This document shows, piece after piece, positions 39,049 through 47,740 of a stretch of 64,000 nt of DNA. The stretch is from NCBI GenBank assembly GCA_963717505.1, contig OY970342.1, forward strand, positions 1,696,001-1,760,000. Reading direction: 5' to 3'. This DNA comes from Candidatus Eiseniibacteriota bacterium (GTDB taxonomy: Bacteria; Eisenbacteria; RBG-16-71-46). The notes below the pieces were generated by a model. The model was given only the letters and a program-made list of their open reading frames with translations. It did no database searches and had not been told where the DNA came from. The translations under genes were made by a program, and so were the position numbers. How positions within the stretch are numbered: position 1 is the first letter of the stretch; every line of letters starts with the position of its first letter.

Positions 39049-41838
39049 ATGCCCGTCCGATCGACCGCCATAGCATTTGTCATCGCGACACTTGCCGTGC
39101 TCGCCGCCGTCCCGGCGTTCGCGCAGGACCGGGGCTCGATCGCGGGCCGAGTGACCGACAAACGCACCGGGCACGCGGTGCCCTTCGCGACGGTCACGGT
39201 GGTCGGCGCGCAACGCGGTGCGCTGACCGACGCCGAGGGCGAGTTCCTGATTACCGGCGTTCCCGTAGGCACGTGGGAAGTCCGAATCCAGTTCCTCGGC
39301 TACGAGCCCGAATCACGCCCGGGCGTCGTGGTCGAGGTCGGCAAGCCGGCACGCGTGGACCTTCAGCTCAAAGAGGTCGTGGTCCAGCAGGAGAAAGTGG
39401 TCGAGGTCACCGCCGAGCGCCGGCTGGTCGAGGTGAAGCAGGGCGCGACCGTGCGCAGCGTGAGCGCGAGTGAGATCCGCAATCTACCGGTGCAGACGAT
39501 CGGGGAGGTGTTGCAGCAACAGGCGGGGATCAACACGGAAAACGACCAGATCCATGTGCGTGGTGGCCGCGCGGACGAGACGGTGTTCGTGGTCAACGGC
39601 GTCGCCAACCGCGATCTGGTCACCGGTAATTCCACCGCCGGACAACTCAACGCGCGGTCGGTCGCCGAGGTCAACGTCGCGACCGGCGCCTACGACGTCC
39701 GCTACGGCAACGCGATTTCTGGAGTGGTCGAGGTGCGGCTCAAGGAAGGCAGCGATCGTTTCATGGGTGGATTGACGCTGACCTCGGGACACTATGGGGG
39801 CCGCGCGTTCCAGGCGGTGATCGGCGGGCCCGACCCGATCTTCGGCCGGCTCGGGCGCGCGCTCGGACTCAAGGGCTCGTGGTCTTCGATCGTCGACGTT
39901 TCCGGCAACGCGTACCAGACGCGTTTCCTGAGCAGCATTCCCGGCTGGGCGCCCGGGCTGTTCGACTCGGATCCGCGCGATCGGCCCCGGTTGCGCTCGA
40001 CCTACGAGGACTCGTTCTTCGGCCAGAACTTCACCTACGGCGATTTCTTCACGCCCGCGGCCGACAATCGCTGGGCCGCGCGCTACGGATTGACCTGGAA
40101 GCCGAACGAACGCGACAAGTGGTCGTTCAACTTCTCGAAGCGAATCGCGGTCGATCAGGGATTCAGCCGCACGTTCATCAACGCCCAGGGCGATATCCAG
40201 GACCCGTCCTATCCGTGGATCTGGGACCATCGGATCCCCAACGCCGCGACCATCTTCGAGGACAACGTCCAGTCGTCGATCGAGTGGCGGCGCACGTTGT
40301 CGACCACCGGATATACCTCGGCGCAGTTGTCGCGTTACTTCTTCGCCCAGCGCCAGGACGTCGAGGCCCAGCTGTGGCCCGACTACGAGCGGCCCGACGA
40401 CATCGGATCGTATCCGGACTCCCTCGATCCGCGGCGCGACGACTACTTCTTGGACTCGGGTGACGACGACACCTGGCAGGATCGACGCACCGAAACCTGG
40501 GGCCTGCAGTGGGGTCTGACCCAGCGGATGAAGCGCCACGAGATCGAGGTCGGCTTCGAGCACCAGCTCCAGTCGGTGCAATACGTCACCATCGAGGAGC
40601 CGTGGATCGCCGATCCTGACGGTCTCGGCAACGCGCACGATTTGTGGCAGGTCCACCCCTGGGTCGGCAACCTGTATGCCCGGGACCGGCTCGAATTCGA
40701 AGGATTCACCGCCAACGTCGGGCTCCGCCTCGACTACTGGTTCCTGGGTCGCGAGGTCGAACAGGCGCTGGCCGACACCGCCAATCGCAACATTACGTCC
40801 GACACGCGCGACGAGTTCTACGCCGACACCTACTCGTTCTTCGGACGGCGCTACAAGTTCCACGTGTCGCCGCGCATCATCGTCGCGCATCCGATCACCG
40901 AGAACAGCAGCTTCTTCTTCAACTACGGCGAGTTCACGCAGATTCCGTCCTATCGCTACGTCTACTCCAAGTTGACCTCGGTCTCGAGCGAGTCGTTCCC
41001 GCTCAACGGCAATCCGAACCTGAATCCGCAGATCTCGGTCAACTACGAACTGGGCGCCAAGCACCAGTTCATGCCGACTGCCGCGGCCAATATTTCGTTC
41101 TTCGTCAAAGACGTCTACGACTACCCGACCGCGACCGAGTTCGACGTCTCGGGCGGGACTACGGGCGAGCCGGTGCCGATCTTCGCGTACCTGAACGGGC
41201 ATTACGCGCGCTCGAAGGGATTCGAGATCGAAGTCGAGAAGCGCCGCTCGAACTACTGGTCGGGCAAGGTCACGTACACGTTCCAGCAGATCAAGGGTAA
41301 GAGCAGCGATCCCAACGAGCAGAAGTTCATCCAGACCCAGGGTGGCGCTTCCGAGGAGCGGCTGACCGAGACCCTGGTGCGCTGGAACCGCCCGCACAAA
41401 GTGTCGGCATCGTTCGACCTGCGCTTCGACCACCAGACACCCTCGCGGTGGCTCCGGCAGTGGGGGCTCAACGTGTTCGTTCAGGGCCTGTCGGGACGGC
41501 CTTACACCCCGGCCAACGAGCGCGGCGATGCCTCGGCGGCCCCCAACTCGAAGAACGCGAAGTTCCAGACGACCACCGACCTTCGCATCAACCGTTGGTT
41601 CCAGCTCGGCAAGCAGAGGCTCGACCTCAGCCTGGCGGCGACCAATGTATTCAATGCCTACGTCATCTACCGCGTGGATCCGATGACCGGCCTCGGCCGG
41701 GTCTGGGGCGAAGGTTCCTACGATCCCGGCAACCCGTTCCTCGACGTCAACGACTACGTGCGCACCTCACAGGTCGACGATCCGTCGAACTACGGGCCTG
41801 GATCACAGTGGCGATTGTCGGTGGACTATGACTTCTAG
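39049..41838 (+). CDS. TonB-dependent receptor with N-terminal carboxypeptidase-regulatory-like domain
   Basis: GSIAGRVTD, TD.EGEF, IHVRGGR..E plug, YGNAISGVV, GNPNL.P, C-terminal YDF. Confidence 0.92.
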   Translation: MPVRSTAIAFVIATLAVLAAVPAFAQDRGSIAGRVTDKRTGHAVPFATVTVVGAQRGALTDAEGEFLITGVPVGTWEVRIQFLGYEPESRPGVVVEVGKPARVDLQLKEVVVQQEKVVEVTAERRLVEVKQGATVRSVSASEIRNLPVQTIGEVLQQQAGINTENDQIHVRGGRADETVFVVNGVANRDLVTGNSTAGQLNARSVAEVNVATGAYDVRYGNAISGVVEVRLKEGSDRFMGGLTLTSGHYGGRAFQAVIGGPDPIFGRLGRALGLKGSWSSIVDVSGNAYQTRFLSSIPGWAPGLFDSDPRDRPRLRSTYEDSFFGQNFTYGDFFTPAADNRWAARYGLTWKPNERDKWSFNFSKRIAVDQGFSRTFINAQGDIQDPSYPWIWDHRIPNAATIFEDNVQSSIEWRRTLSTTGYTSAQLSRYFFAQRQDVEAQLWPDYERPDDIGSYPDSLDPRRDDYFLDSGDDDTWQDRRTETWGLQWGLTQRMKRHEIEVGFEHQLQSVQYVTIEEPWIADPDGLGNAHDLWQVHPWVGNLYARDRLEFEGFTANVGLRLDYWFLGREVEQALADTANRNITSDTRDEFYADTYSFFGRRYKFHVSPRIIVAHPITENSSFFFNYGEFTQIPSYRYVYSKLTSVSSESFPLNGNPNLNPQISVNYELGAKHQFMPTAAANISFFVKDVYDYPTATEFDVSGGTTGEPVPIFAYLNGHYARSKGFEIEVEKRRSNYWSGKVTYTFQQIKGKSSDPNEQKFIQTQGGASEERLTETLVRWNRPHKVSASFDLRFDHQTPSRWLRQWGLNVFVQGLSGRPYTPANERGDASAAPNSKNAKFQTTTDLRINRWFQLGKQRLDLSLAATNVFNAYVIYRVDPMTGLGRVWGEGSYDPGNPFLDVNDYVRTSQVDDPSNYGPGSQWRLSVDYDF

Positions 41839-42829
41839 GAAAGCGCTCGTCGGGCTCGCGCTCCCCGTCGCGATGCTGATCACGTCACCGCCAGCGCATG
41901 CGCAGTTCTCGCTCGGCGAGCAACGCGCCGGCACCTCGTCCGGCACGTTCCTCAAGATCGGCGTCGGGGCGCGCGCCACCGGGTTCGGCGAATCGTTCGT
42001 GGCGGTGGCCAACGACCCGACCGCGATCTACTGGAACCCGGCCGGCCTGGCGTCGATGCAGCGCCAGGAAGTCTCGCTCAGCCATATCTCGTGGCCGGGC
42101 GACATCAATTTCGAGCACGTGTCCTACGTGTTGCCGGTCCAGCGCCTCGGGGGTTCGCTCGCGTTCCAACTCGGCGCGCTGAGCACCGAGATCGAGGAGA
42201 CCACCGAGTTCCAGCCGTTCGGCACCGGGCGGTCGTTCTTCTTCACCGACATCGTGGCCGGTGCCGCCTACGCGCGACGTTGGACCGACAAGCTGCTGGT
42301 CGGCGCCGGGCTCAAGTACCTGCGGGAGGACCTGGGTTCCGACGTTGGCGGACCGGTGACCGACGCGTTCCTGTTCGATCTCGGCTCCATCTACTACCTC
42401 GGCTACGGCAGCGTGCGGATCGCGGTCGCGCTGACCAACTTCGGTCCCCAGCTCCAACCGAGCGGCAACTTCGTGTCGCCGGTCAGCGGCGAGGTGCGCA
42501 GCTACGACGGCTTCGACCCGCCGATGGTGTTCCGCTACGGGGTCGCGTTCGAGCCGGTCGAGTCGGTGGAGCAGCGCCTGACCACGTCGATCGAGTTCGA
42601 CCAGCCGGCCGACAACGCGCTGCTGATGAAGGCGGGCGCCGAGTGGACCTGGCATCGCCAGTTCGCGCTGCGCACCGGCTACAACTTCGGCGCCGACGAC
42701 CTCCAGTACTCGGCCGGCGCCGGCGTGCACGTCGCGATGGGGCAGACCCAGGCGGACGTCGACTATGCCTACTCCCATGCTCGGTTCCTCGAGTCCGTGC
42801 ATCGCGTCACGTTGGGGCTTCGATTCTGA
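41828..42829 (+). CDS. PorV/PorQ-family outer-membrane beta-barrel
   Basis: FLKIGVGARATGFG..FVA.A.D..A.YWNPAGLA; LRTGY; terminal F. Confidence 0.88.
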   Translation: MTSRKALVGLALPVAMLITSPPAHAQFSLGEQRAGTSSGTFLKIGVGARATGFGESFVAVANDPTAIYWNPAGLASMQRQEVSLSHISWPGDINFEHVSYVLPVQRLGGSLAFQLGALSTEIEETTEFQPFGTGRSFFFTDIVAGAAYARRWTDKLLVGAGLKYLREDLGSDVGGPVTDAFLFDLGSIYYLGYGSVRIAVALTNFGPQLQPSGNFVSPVSGEVRSYDGFDPPMVFRYGVAFEPVESVEQRLTTSIEFDQPADNALLMKAGAEWTWHRQFALRTGYNFGADDLQYSAGAGVHVAMGQTQADVDYAYSHARFLESVHRVTLGLRF

Positions 42830-43992
42830 TGGCCACCCATCACCCGATGCCCTCGCCCGGAAAGAGTGCCTGCGCGGTGCTTGCCGTCATCGGGTTGGCG
42901 CTGCAGTCCGGCTGCGGCGCCAAGTTCGAGCTGCCGACCGAGACCCCGCAGGGCTCGATCATTCCCGGCGATGGCACCTATCAGATGGAAGCCACCTGGA
43001 CCGGAATGATCGGCGTGCGCGACCTGCTGTACACGTCGGCCGGGCAGCTCTACGTGCTGCTCAACGACGGCAGGGGCAACGTCGACCTCGATGGCTACTC
43101 GCGCTTCAAGCCCGACCCGCAGCCGCTCGGCTATCCGTTCCGGACCCTGTTCAACCCGATCCAGGTGTGCGAGGGCAAGAGCTACCTGTTCGTGCTCGAT
43201 CAGGGCGACACCTGCGCAGCGCGCACCAACGAGGACACCGGCAAGTGCCAGGCCGACTCCGCATGGAACAACAACGTCGTGGATCTATCCAAGTACTGGC
43301 GGGTCCGTGAGTACACGCTGGTCGGCGCCGGCATGGGGGGCTTCGACACGGTGAGCACGTTCACCGACACGACGTTGGCCATGGTCGAAGGCATCGCGGC
43401 CGACGATGTCGGCAACGTTTACGTGGCGGGCCTTGCGATCGTCTATGTGCCCGACTTCCTCGACCCGCGCATCAAGACCCGCACGTTCCTGTGGCAGATC
43501 CGGCGCTATCAGCGTGGCCCCGGCGACGACAACATGCCGGGCGCCAACTGGCACCGCGACATGACCTGGGTGGTTGAACAGGGGGAGGGCACCGGGTTCG
43601 TCAACGGCCCGCGCGGCATCTACTGGCGGCGGGCACTCAACGGACCCGCGCTGTTCTCGACCGAGGTCGGGACCAATCGCGCGCAGAAGCTCTACGACAA
43701 CATCAGCAACACGGCCTATTTCCAGATCACTGAAGACGATCAGGCCCAACGGCTGGCCCGCCCGCTGGACGTGGCGGCCGACGAGCTGGGCGACGTCTAT
43801 GTTGCCGACACGGAAAACCAGCGCGTCCTCCGCTACGGGCCCTCCGGCGAGTTCTTGCAGCGGGTGGACGTCGAGCCCGATGTGCAAGGACAGCTGCTCG
43901 AGGTGCCGGTGACGGTTGCTGCCGACAGCCAGTACGTGTTCGTCGGCGACTTCGACCTGGGCAAGGTGATTCGCTACCGGAGGCGTTTGTGA
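42829..43992 (+). CDS. NHL-repeat beta-propeller lipoprotein
   Basis: Lipobox-like LQSGC; P.DVAAD..GDVYVADTENQRV NHL repeats. Confidence 0.75.
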   Translation: MATHHPMPSPGKSACAVLAVIGLALQSGCGAKFELPTETPQGSIIPGDGTYQMEATWTGMIGVRDLLYTSAGQLYVLLNDGRGNVDLDGYSRFKPDPQPLGYPFRTLFNPIQVCEGKSYLFVLDQGDTCAARTNEDTGKCQADSAWNNNVVDLSKYWRVREYTLVGAGMGGFDTVSTFTDTTLAMVEGIAADDVGNVYVAGLAIVYVPDFLDPRIKTRTFLWQIRRYQRGPGDDNMPGANWHRDMTWVVEQGEGTGFVNGPRGIYWRRALNGPALFSTEVGTNRAQKLYDNISNTAYFQITEDDQAQRLARPLDVAADELGDVYVADTENQRVLRYGPSGEFLQRVDVEPDVQGQLLEVPVTVAADSQYVFVGDFDLGKVIRYRRRL

Positions 43993-46013
43993 CCCGAATC
44001 CACGCGGTCCTTGCCGTCGTCACCCTGCTGGGGCTGGCGACCTCTCCGGCGGCCGGCGACCCCGATCACCTCGCGAGACGCGGCGTCGAGCCGGCCGCGG
44101 CGCAGCAGGTGCAGGCGGATTCGATCCGATTCTCGCTGCGCGTGACCGACAACAACCTGGTCGGGATCACGATGACCAACTACGGATTCGTCGGCAACAA
44201 CTTCGTCTCGCGAGCACCCTCGCTCGAGTACCCGCTGGGCACGGCCTTCGAGCATCTGGTGCGCGGCGGGTTGTGGATCGGCGCCCGCGCGATCGACGAC
44301 GACGGCCCATTCACCGGAGTCTCGACCGCGGCGGAAGACGGCTCCCAGGGCAACGCCAGCCAGGGCGCCACCGAGTACACGCCGGCGGGGCTCGACATTC
44401 AGATTCGCTCGAGCCTGCCCAACGACCGCTACTTCAACCCCTCGTCGGTCAGCGAGCAGGACTTCGTCAGCGAATTCAGCGATCGGCCGTCGAAGCGCGT
44501 GACGGCGACCGAACGCCACCGCTCGATGAACATCCTCGTGCGTCAGGAGAATTACCAGTGGTCGTTCTCCGAGTACGCGCACACCATCATCTTCCACTAC
44601 GTGATCACCAATCTGGGGTTGCCGCTGCAGGACGCATGGGTCGGCTTCTATACCGAGTTCGCGAGCGGTCCCAAGAACCTGTACAGCGTCTGGCCGCCGA
44701 GCAGCGCCGGCAGCACGATCGGCAGCTGGTTCAACAAGAAGTGGATCGCCTACGACGACTCGCTGCGCCTGTCGCGCGAGCACTACTGCGCCGGCCAGCC
44801 GATTCCGCAGGCGTGCAATGCCGAGCTGGTGCCGCCGTGGATCGGCGTCAAGCTGTTGGGTGTGAGCCCCGGCGACGTCAAGGACACCACCGACAAGAAA
44901 GTCACGTTCGCAGCGTGGGACTACGATCCGGGCAGCGCGGCGCGCGACGAGGATCGCGAACGCTATGCGATCCTGAGCGCAGGAACCCTGCAAGCGGTGG
45001 AGGGCGACTCATTGCTTCCCGGCACCGGGGATCCGGTGCAGCTGATCGCGGTCGGTCCGTTCCCGTTGATCAACCCAGGCGACAGCATCTACGTGGACTT
45101 CGCGGTGGTGGGCGGCCTGACCGTCGAGCGCATCCAGGAGCACTCGCGCTTCGCGCAGCGGGCGTTCGACCGCGGCTACATCGTCCCGGTGCCGCCACCG
45201 TCGCCGCGCTTCCGAGCGGTAGCGCGCAACGGAACGCTCGACCTCTATTGGGACGACTCGGCCGAGAGCTTCTCCGACCCGACCAGTCGTCCGAACCCCG
45301 TCGACTTCGAGGGCTATCGCGTTTACGCGAGCGAAGATCGACAGAACCTGAATCGGATCGCACAGTTCGACAAGGCGACCCCACCCAACGACACCACCGG
45401 ATTCAACACCGGCCTCGACGTCGTGCGCCTGCCGGTGCCCGAGGTCATCGACGGCGTCGCCTACCAGTACAAGTACACGATCGGATCGCTCAAGAACGGC
45501 TTCAAGTACTACGCGGCGGTGACCTCGTACGACCTGGGCAATAGTGAAATCAGCTCGCTCGAAAGCGGCCTCACCCAGAACAAGACCATGGCGATCCCGG
45601 CGCCGGCCCCGGGCGAGCAGGCGGGCAGCGGCGACGTCGTCGTATTCCCGAATCCCTATCGCGTCGAGGCGCGGTGGGATCAGGGGGCACTGGTCCGCGA
45701 CCACTACCTGTGGTTCGCGAACCTGCCCGAGCGCTGCACGATCCGCATCTACACGCTCTCGGGCGACCTGGTGTTCGAGACCGAGTTCGACGGCGCCACC
45801 TACCAGGGGCAGGGCACGCGCGGCATCTACGACCCGAATCGCGAACTCGACGTGGATGCGCCGACCTTGTCGGGGCGCAGCTTCGGCTGGAACCTGATCA
45901 GCCAGGAGGGGCAGGCGGTGGCGACCGGTCTCTACCTGTACTCGGTCGAAGCGAACGGGGACCGGCACGTCGGCAAGTTCCTGATCGTCAAGTCGGACCG
46001 GGAGGACTTCTGA
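43989..46013 (+). CDS. Secreted protein with FN3-like domain and T9SS-like CTD
   Basis: Signal peptide; EYP.G...HL..GGLWIGA; DFEGYRVY; YYAAVTSYD; FPNPY..IRIYTLSGDLV..WNL..VATGLYLY. Confidence 0.78.
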   Translation: MTRIHAVLAVVTLLGLATSPAAGDPDHLARRGVEPAAAQQVQADSIRFSLRVTDNNLVGITMTNYGFVGNNFVSRAPSLEYPLGTAFEHLVRGGLWIGARAIDDDGPFTGVSTAAEDGSQGNASQGATEYTPAGLDIQIRSSLPNDRYFNPSSVSEQDFVSEFSDRPSKRVTATERHRSMNILVRQENYQWSFSEYAHTIIFHYVITNLGLPLQDAWVGFYTEFASGPKNLYSVWPPSSAGSTIGSWFNKKWIAYDDSLRLSREHYCAGQPIPQACNAELVPPWIGVKLLGVSPGDVKDTTDKKVTFAAWDYDPGSAARDEDRERYAILSAGTLQAVEGDSLLPGTGDPVQLIAVGPFPLINPGDSIYVDFAVVGGLTVERIQEHSRFAQRAFDRGYIVPVPPPSPRFRAVARNGTLDLYWDDSAESFSDPTSRPNPVDFEGYRVYASEDRQNLNRIAQFDKATPPNDTTGFNTGLDVVRLPVPEVIDGVAYQYKYTIGSLKNGFKYYAAVTSYDLGNSEISSLESGLTQNKTMAIPAPAPGEQAGSGDVVVFPNPYRVEARWDQGALVRDHYLWFANLPERCTIRIYTLSGDLVFETEFDGATYQGQGTRGIYDPNRELDVDAPTLSGRSFGWNLISQEGQAVATGLYLYSVEANGDRHVGKFLIVKSDREDF

Positions 46014-46014
46014 A

Positions 46015-47541
46015 ATGACGCTCGGTCCCTCGCGTCGACGCAGTTCCGAGCGCTCAGGAACCCGGCCCTCGCGCCCGCTCCGCCCGGCCTTGCTGGTGCT
46101 GGTGCCCATGGCATTGCTCGCGATCGCCGCCTGCTCGCCCAAGGAGACCTTCGTCCCGCAGCTGCCGCCCGAGACGACGATCTTCATCCAAGGACCGGTG
46201 GACCCAGTGCACCATCACGTCCATCTCTACTGGTTTGGCAGTGATCCCGACGGCGACGTCATGTACTACGAAATCCGCCTGCTGAATCCGGACTCGCTCG
46301 CCGATTCGGCGTGGGTCGCGACGACTGCGGCGGACAGCGAATTCTTCGTCTATACGCCCGATGGCTACACCGATCCCGTTCTCGAGGTGCGTGCGGTCGA
46401 CGACGACGGGCTGCGCGATCCGACGCCGGCGCGGCAGCTATTCCAGTTCCGCAACGACGCCCCAGTTGTGTCCATCGGGCCCTACCCGGTGCTGAGCGAC
46501 ACGACCTATGCGTCGTTGACGCTGAGCTGGGTCGGGATCGATCCCGACGGCGACGCTGGACGTCTGACCTATCGCATTTGGCTGAGCGGCAACCAGGATG
46601 ACGCGCGGACCACCACCGAGCGAACCTTCACCATTCCCAGCGCGGATTTCTTCGAAGGTCCGGCGGCCGACAGCAGCGTGCGCCGCGTGTACGTCCAGGC
46701 GATCGACGAAGGTGGCATGGCCAGCGCTCCCGCGATTCGGCAGTGGGTGGTGCGACCGCTGACGATCGGCGGTGGCCCGCCGCGGCTCCTGATCATCGAC
46801 GATGTTCCCTCCAACCATGAATCCACCCAAGCGGTCAACTTCCGCACCGACACGCTGTGGGCGAATGGCGCGGTGCGCAACCTGCCCGCGGGCACCTGGA
46901 GCATTCTGCGTCTCCAGTTCACGCAACCGTTTCGCTCGCCAAAAGACGCCGAGCAGACCTTCGCCAACTATGACGCGGTGATCTGGTACCGCGGGACCAA
47001 CACGACCTTTTCGACGGTGCTGCGCGACGTCCAGGACGGCATCGGGGCGGCCCTCGACGCCGGAACCAGCGTCTTGATCGAAGGCGTGGCCCTGGCCGGC
47101 GTAAGCGCGGCCACCGGTCCGCTGCGGGCGGACTTCCTGGCGCGCTACTTCGCCACCGACCACCTGTACAAGTACTTCGATGTAACCCCGGGAGACTCCT
47201 CGATCGCCTGGAGTGTGCAGATCGGGGGCGTGTTCCGGTCGGGGCCGGTGATTCCGATCGACAGTCTGCGGATCCAGCAGAACCGGGGGGGGCTGCACGG
47301 ATTCGCCGTGCCGGACACCGGCCTGGTCTTGCTCTGGGCACGGACGGGGGCCCTGTCGCAGCCGAACACCTTCGACATGCCGGTGGCGATCGCGGTGCCT
47401 CAGGCATCCGGCGGCACTGCGGCTATGGTTTCGCTCCCGTTGGTCGAAACGTCACCGTCAGGGCCCGGAGGCACGTTCCCCCAGCGAGCAACAGCCTTCG
47501 TAAACAATGTTTTCGTCCACGTGCTGGACCTCGTCCCCTGA
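46015..47541 (+). CDS. Lipoprotein with tandem Ig-like (PPET / W.G.DPDG) domains
   Basis: Lipobox IAAC; PPETTI; two W.G.DPDGD..Y and V.A.D..G repeats. Confidence 0.72.
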   Translation: MTLGPSRRRSSERSGTRPSRPLRPALLVLVPMALLAIAACSPKETFVPQLPPETTIFIQGPVDPVHHHVHLYWFGSDPDGDVMYYEIRLLNPDSLADSAWVATTAADSEFFVYTPDGYTDPVLEVRAVDDDGLRDPTPARQLFQFRNDAPVVSIGPYPVLSDTTYASLTLSWVGIDPDGDAGRLTYRIWLSGNQDDARTTTERTFTIPSADFFEGPAADSSVRRVYVQAIDEGGMASAPAIRQWVVRPLTIGGGPPRLLIIDDVPSNHESTQAVNFRTDTLWANGAVRNLPAGTWSILRLQFTQPFRSPKDAEQTFANYDAVIWYRGTNTTFSTVLRDVQDGIGAALDAGTSVLIEGVALAGVSAATGPLRADFLARYFATDHLYKYFDVTPGDSSIAWSVQIGGVFRSGPVIPIDSLRIQQNRGGLHGFAVPDTGLVLLWARTGALSQPNTFDMPVAIAVPQASGGTAAMVSLPLVETSPSGPGGTFPQRATAFVNNVFVHVLDLVP

Positions 47542-47740
47542 CATGACGGTCTAAACTCGTTTGCTGCGGGGCTCCTGACGCTCTGCTAGCATCGTGGCGG
47601 TTCCGAAAACTCGAAGCCCGGTAACTCAAGCCGGGGCAGCTGGGAATGTCGGTCCACGCCCCCAAGGACCTCGCTCCGTTCCCACGCCCGCCGCGACGAA
47701 CCCGGATCGCCGAACCGAACACATCGGAAGGGAAACCATC

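Noticed and set aside
39484-41433. 649-aa antisense ORF and similar long overlapping ORFs (e.g. 15497-17404, 47423-49264)
   Set aside because: Expected stop-poor shadow frames in high-GC DNA opposite well-supported genes; no recognisable motifs.
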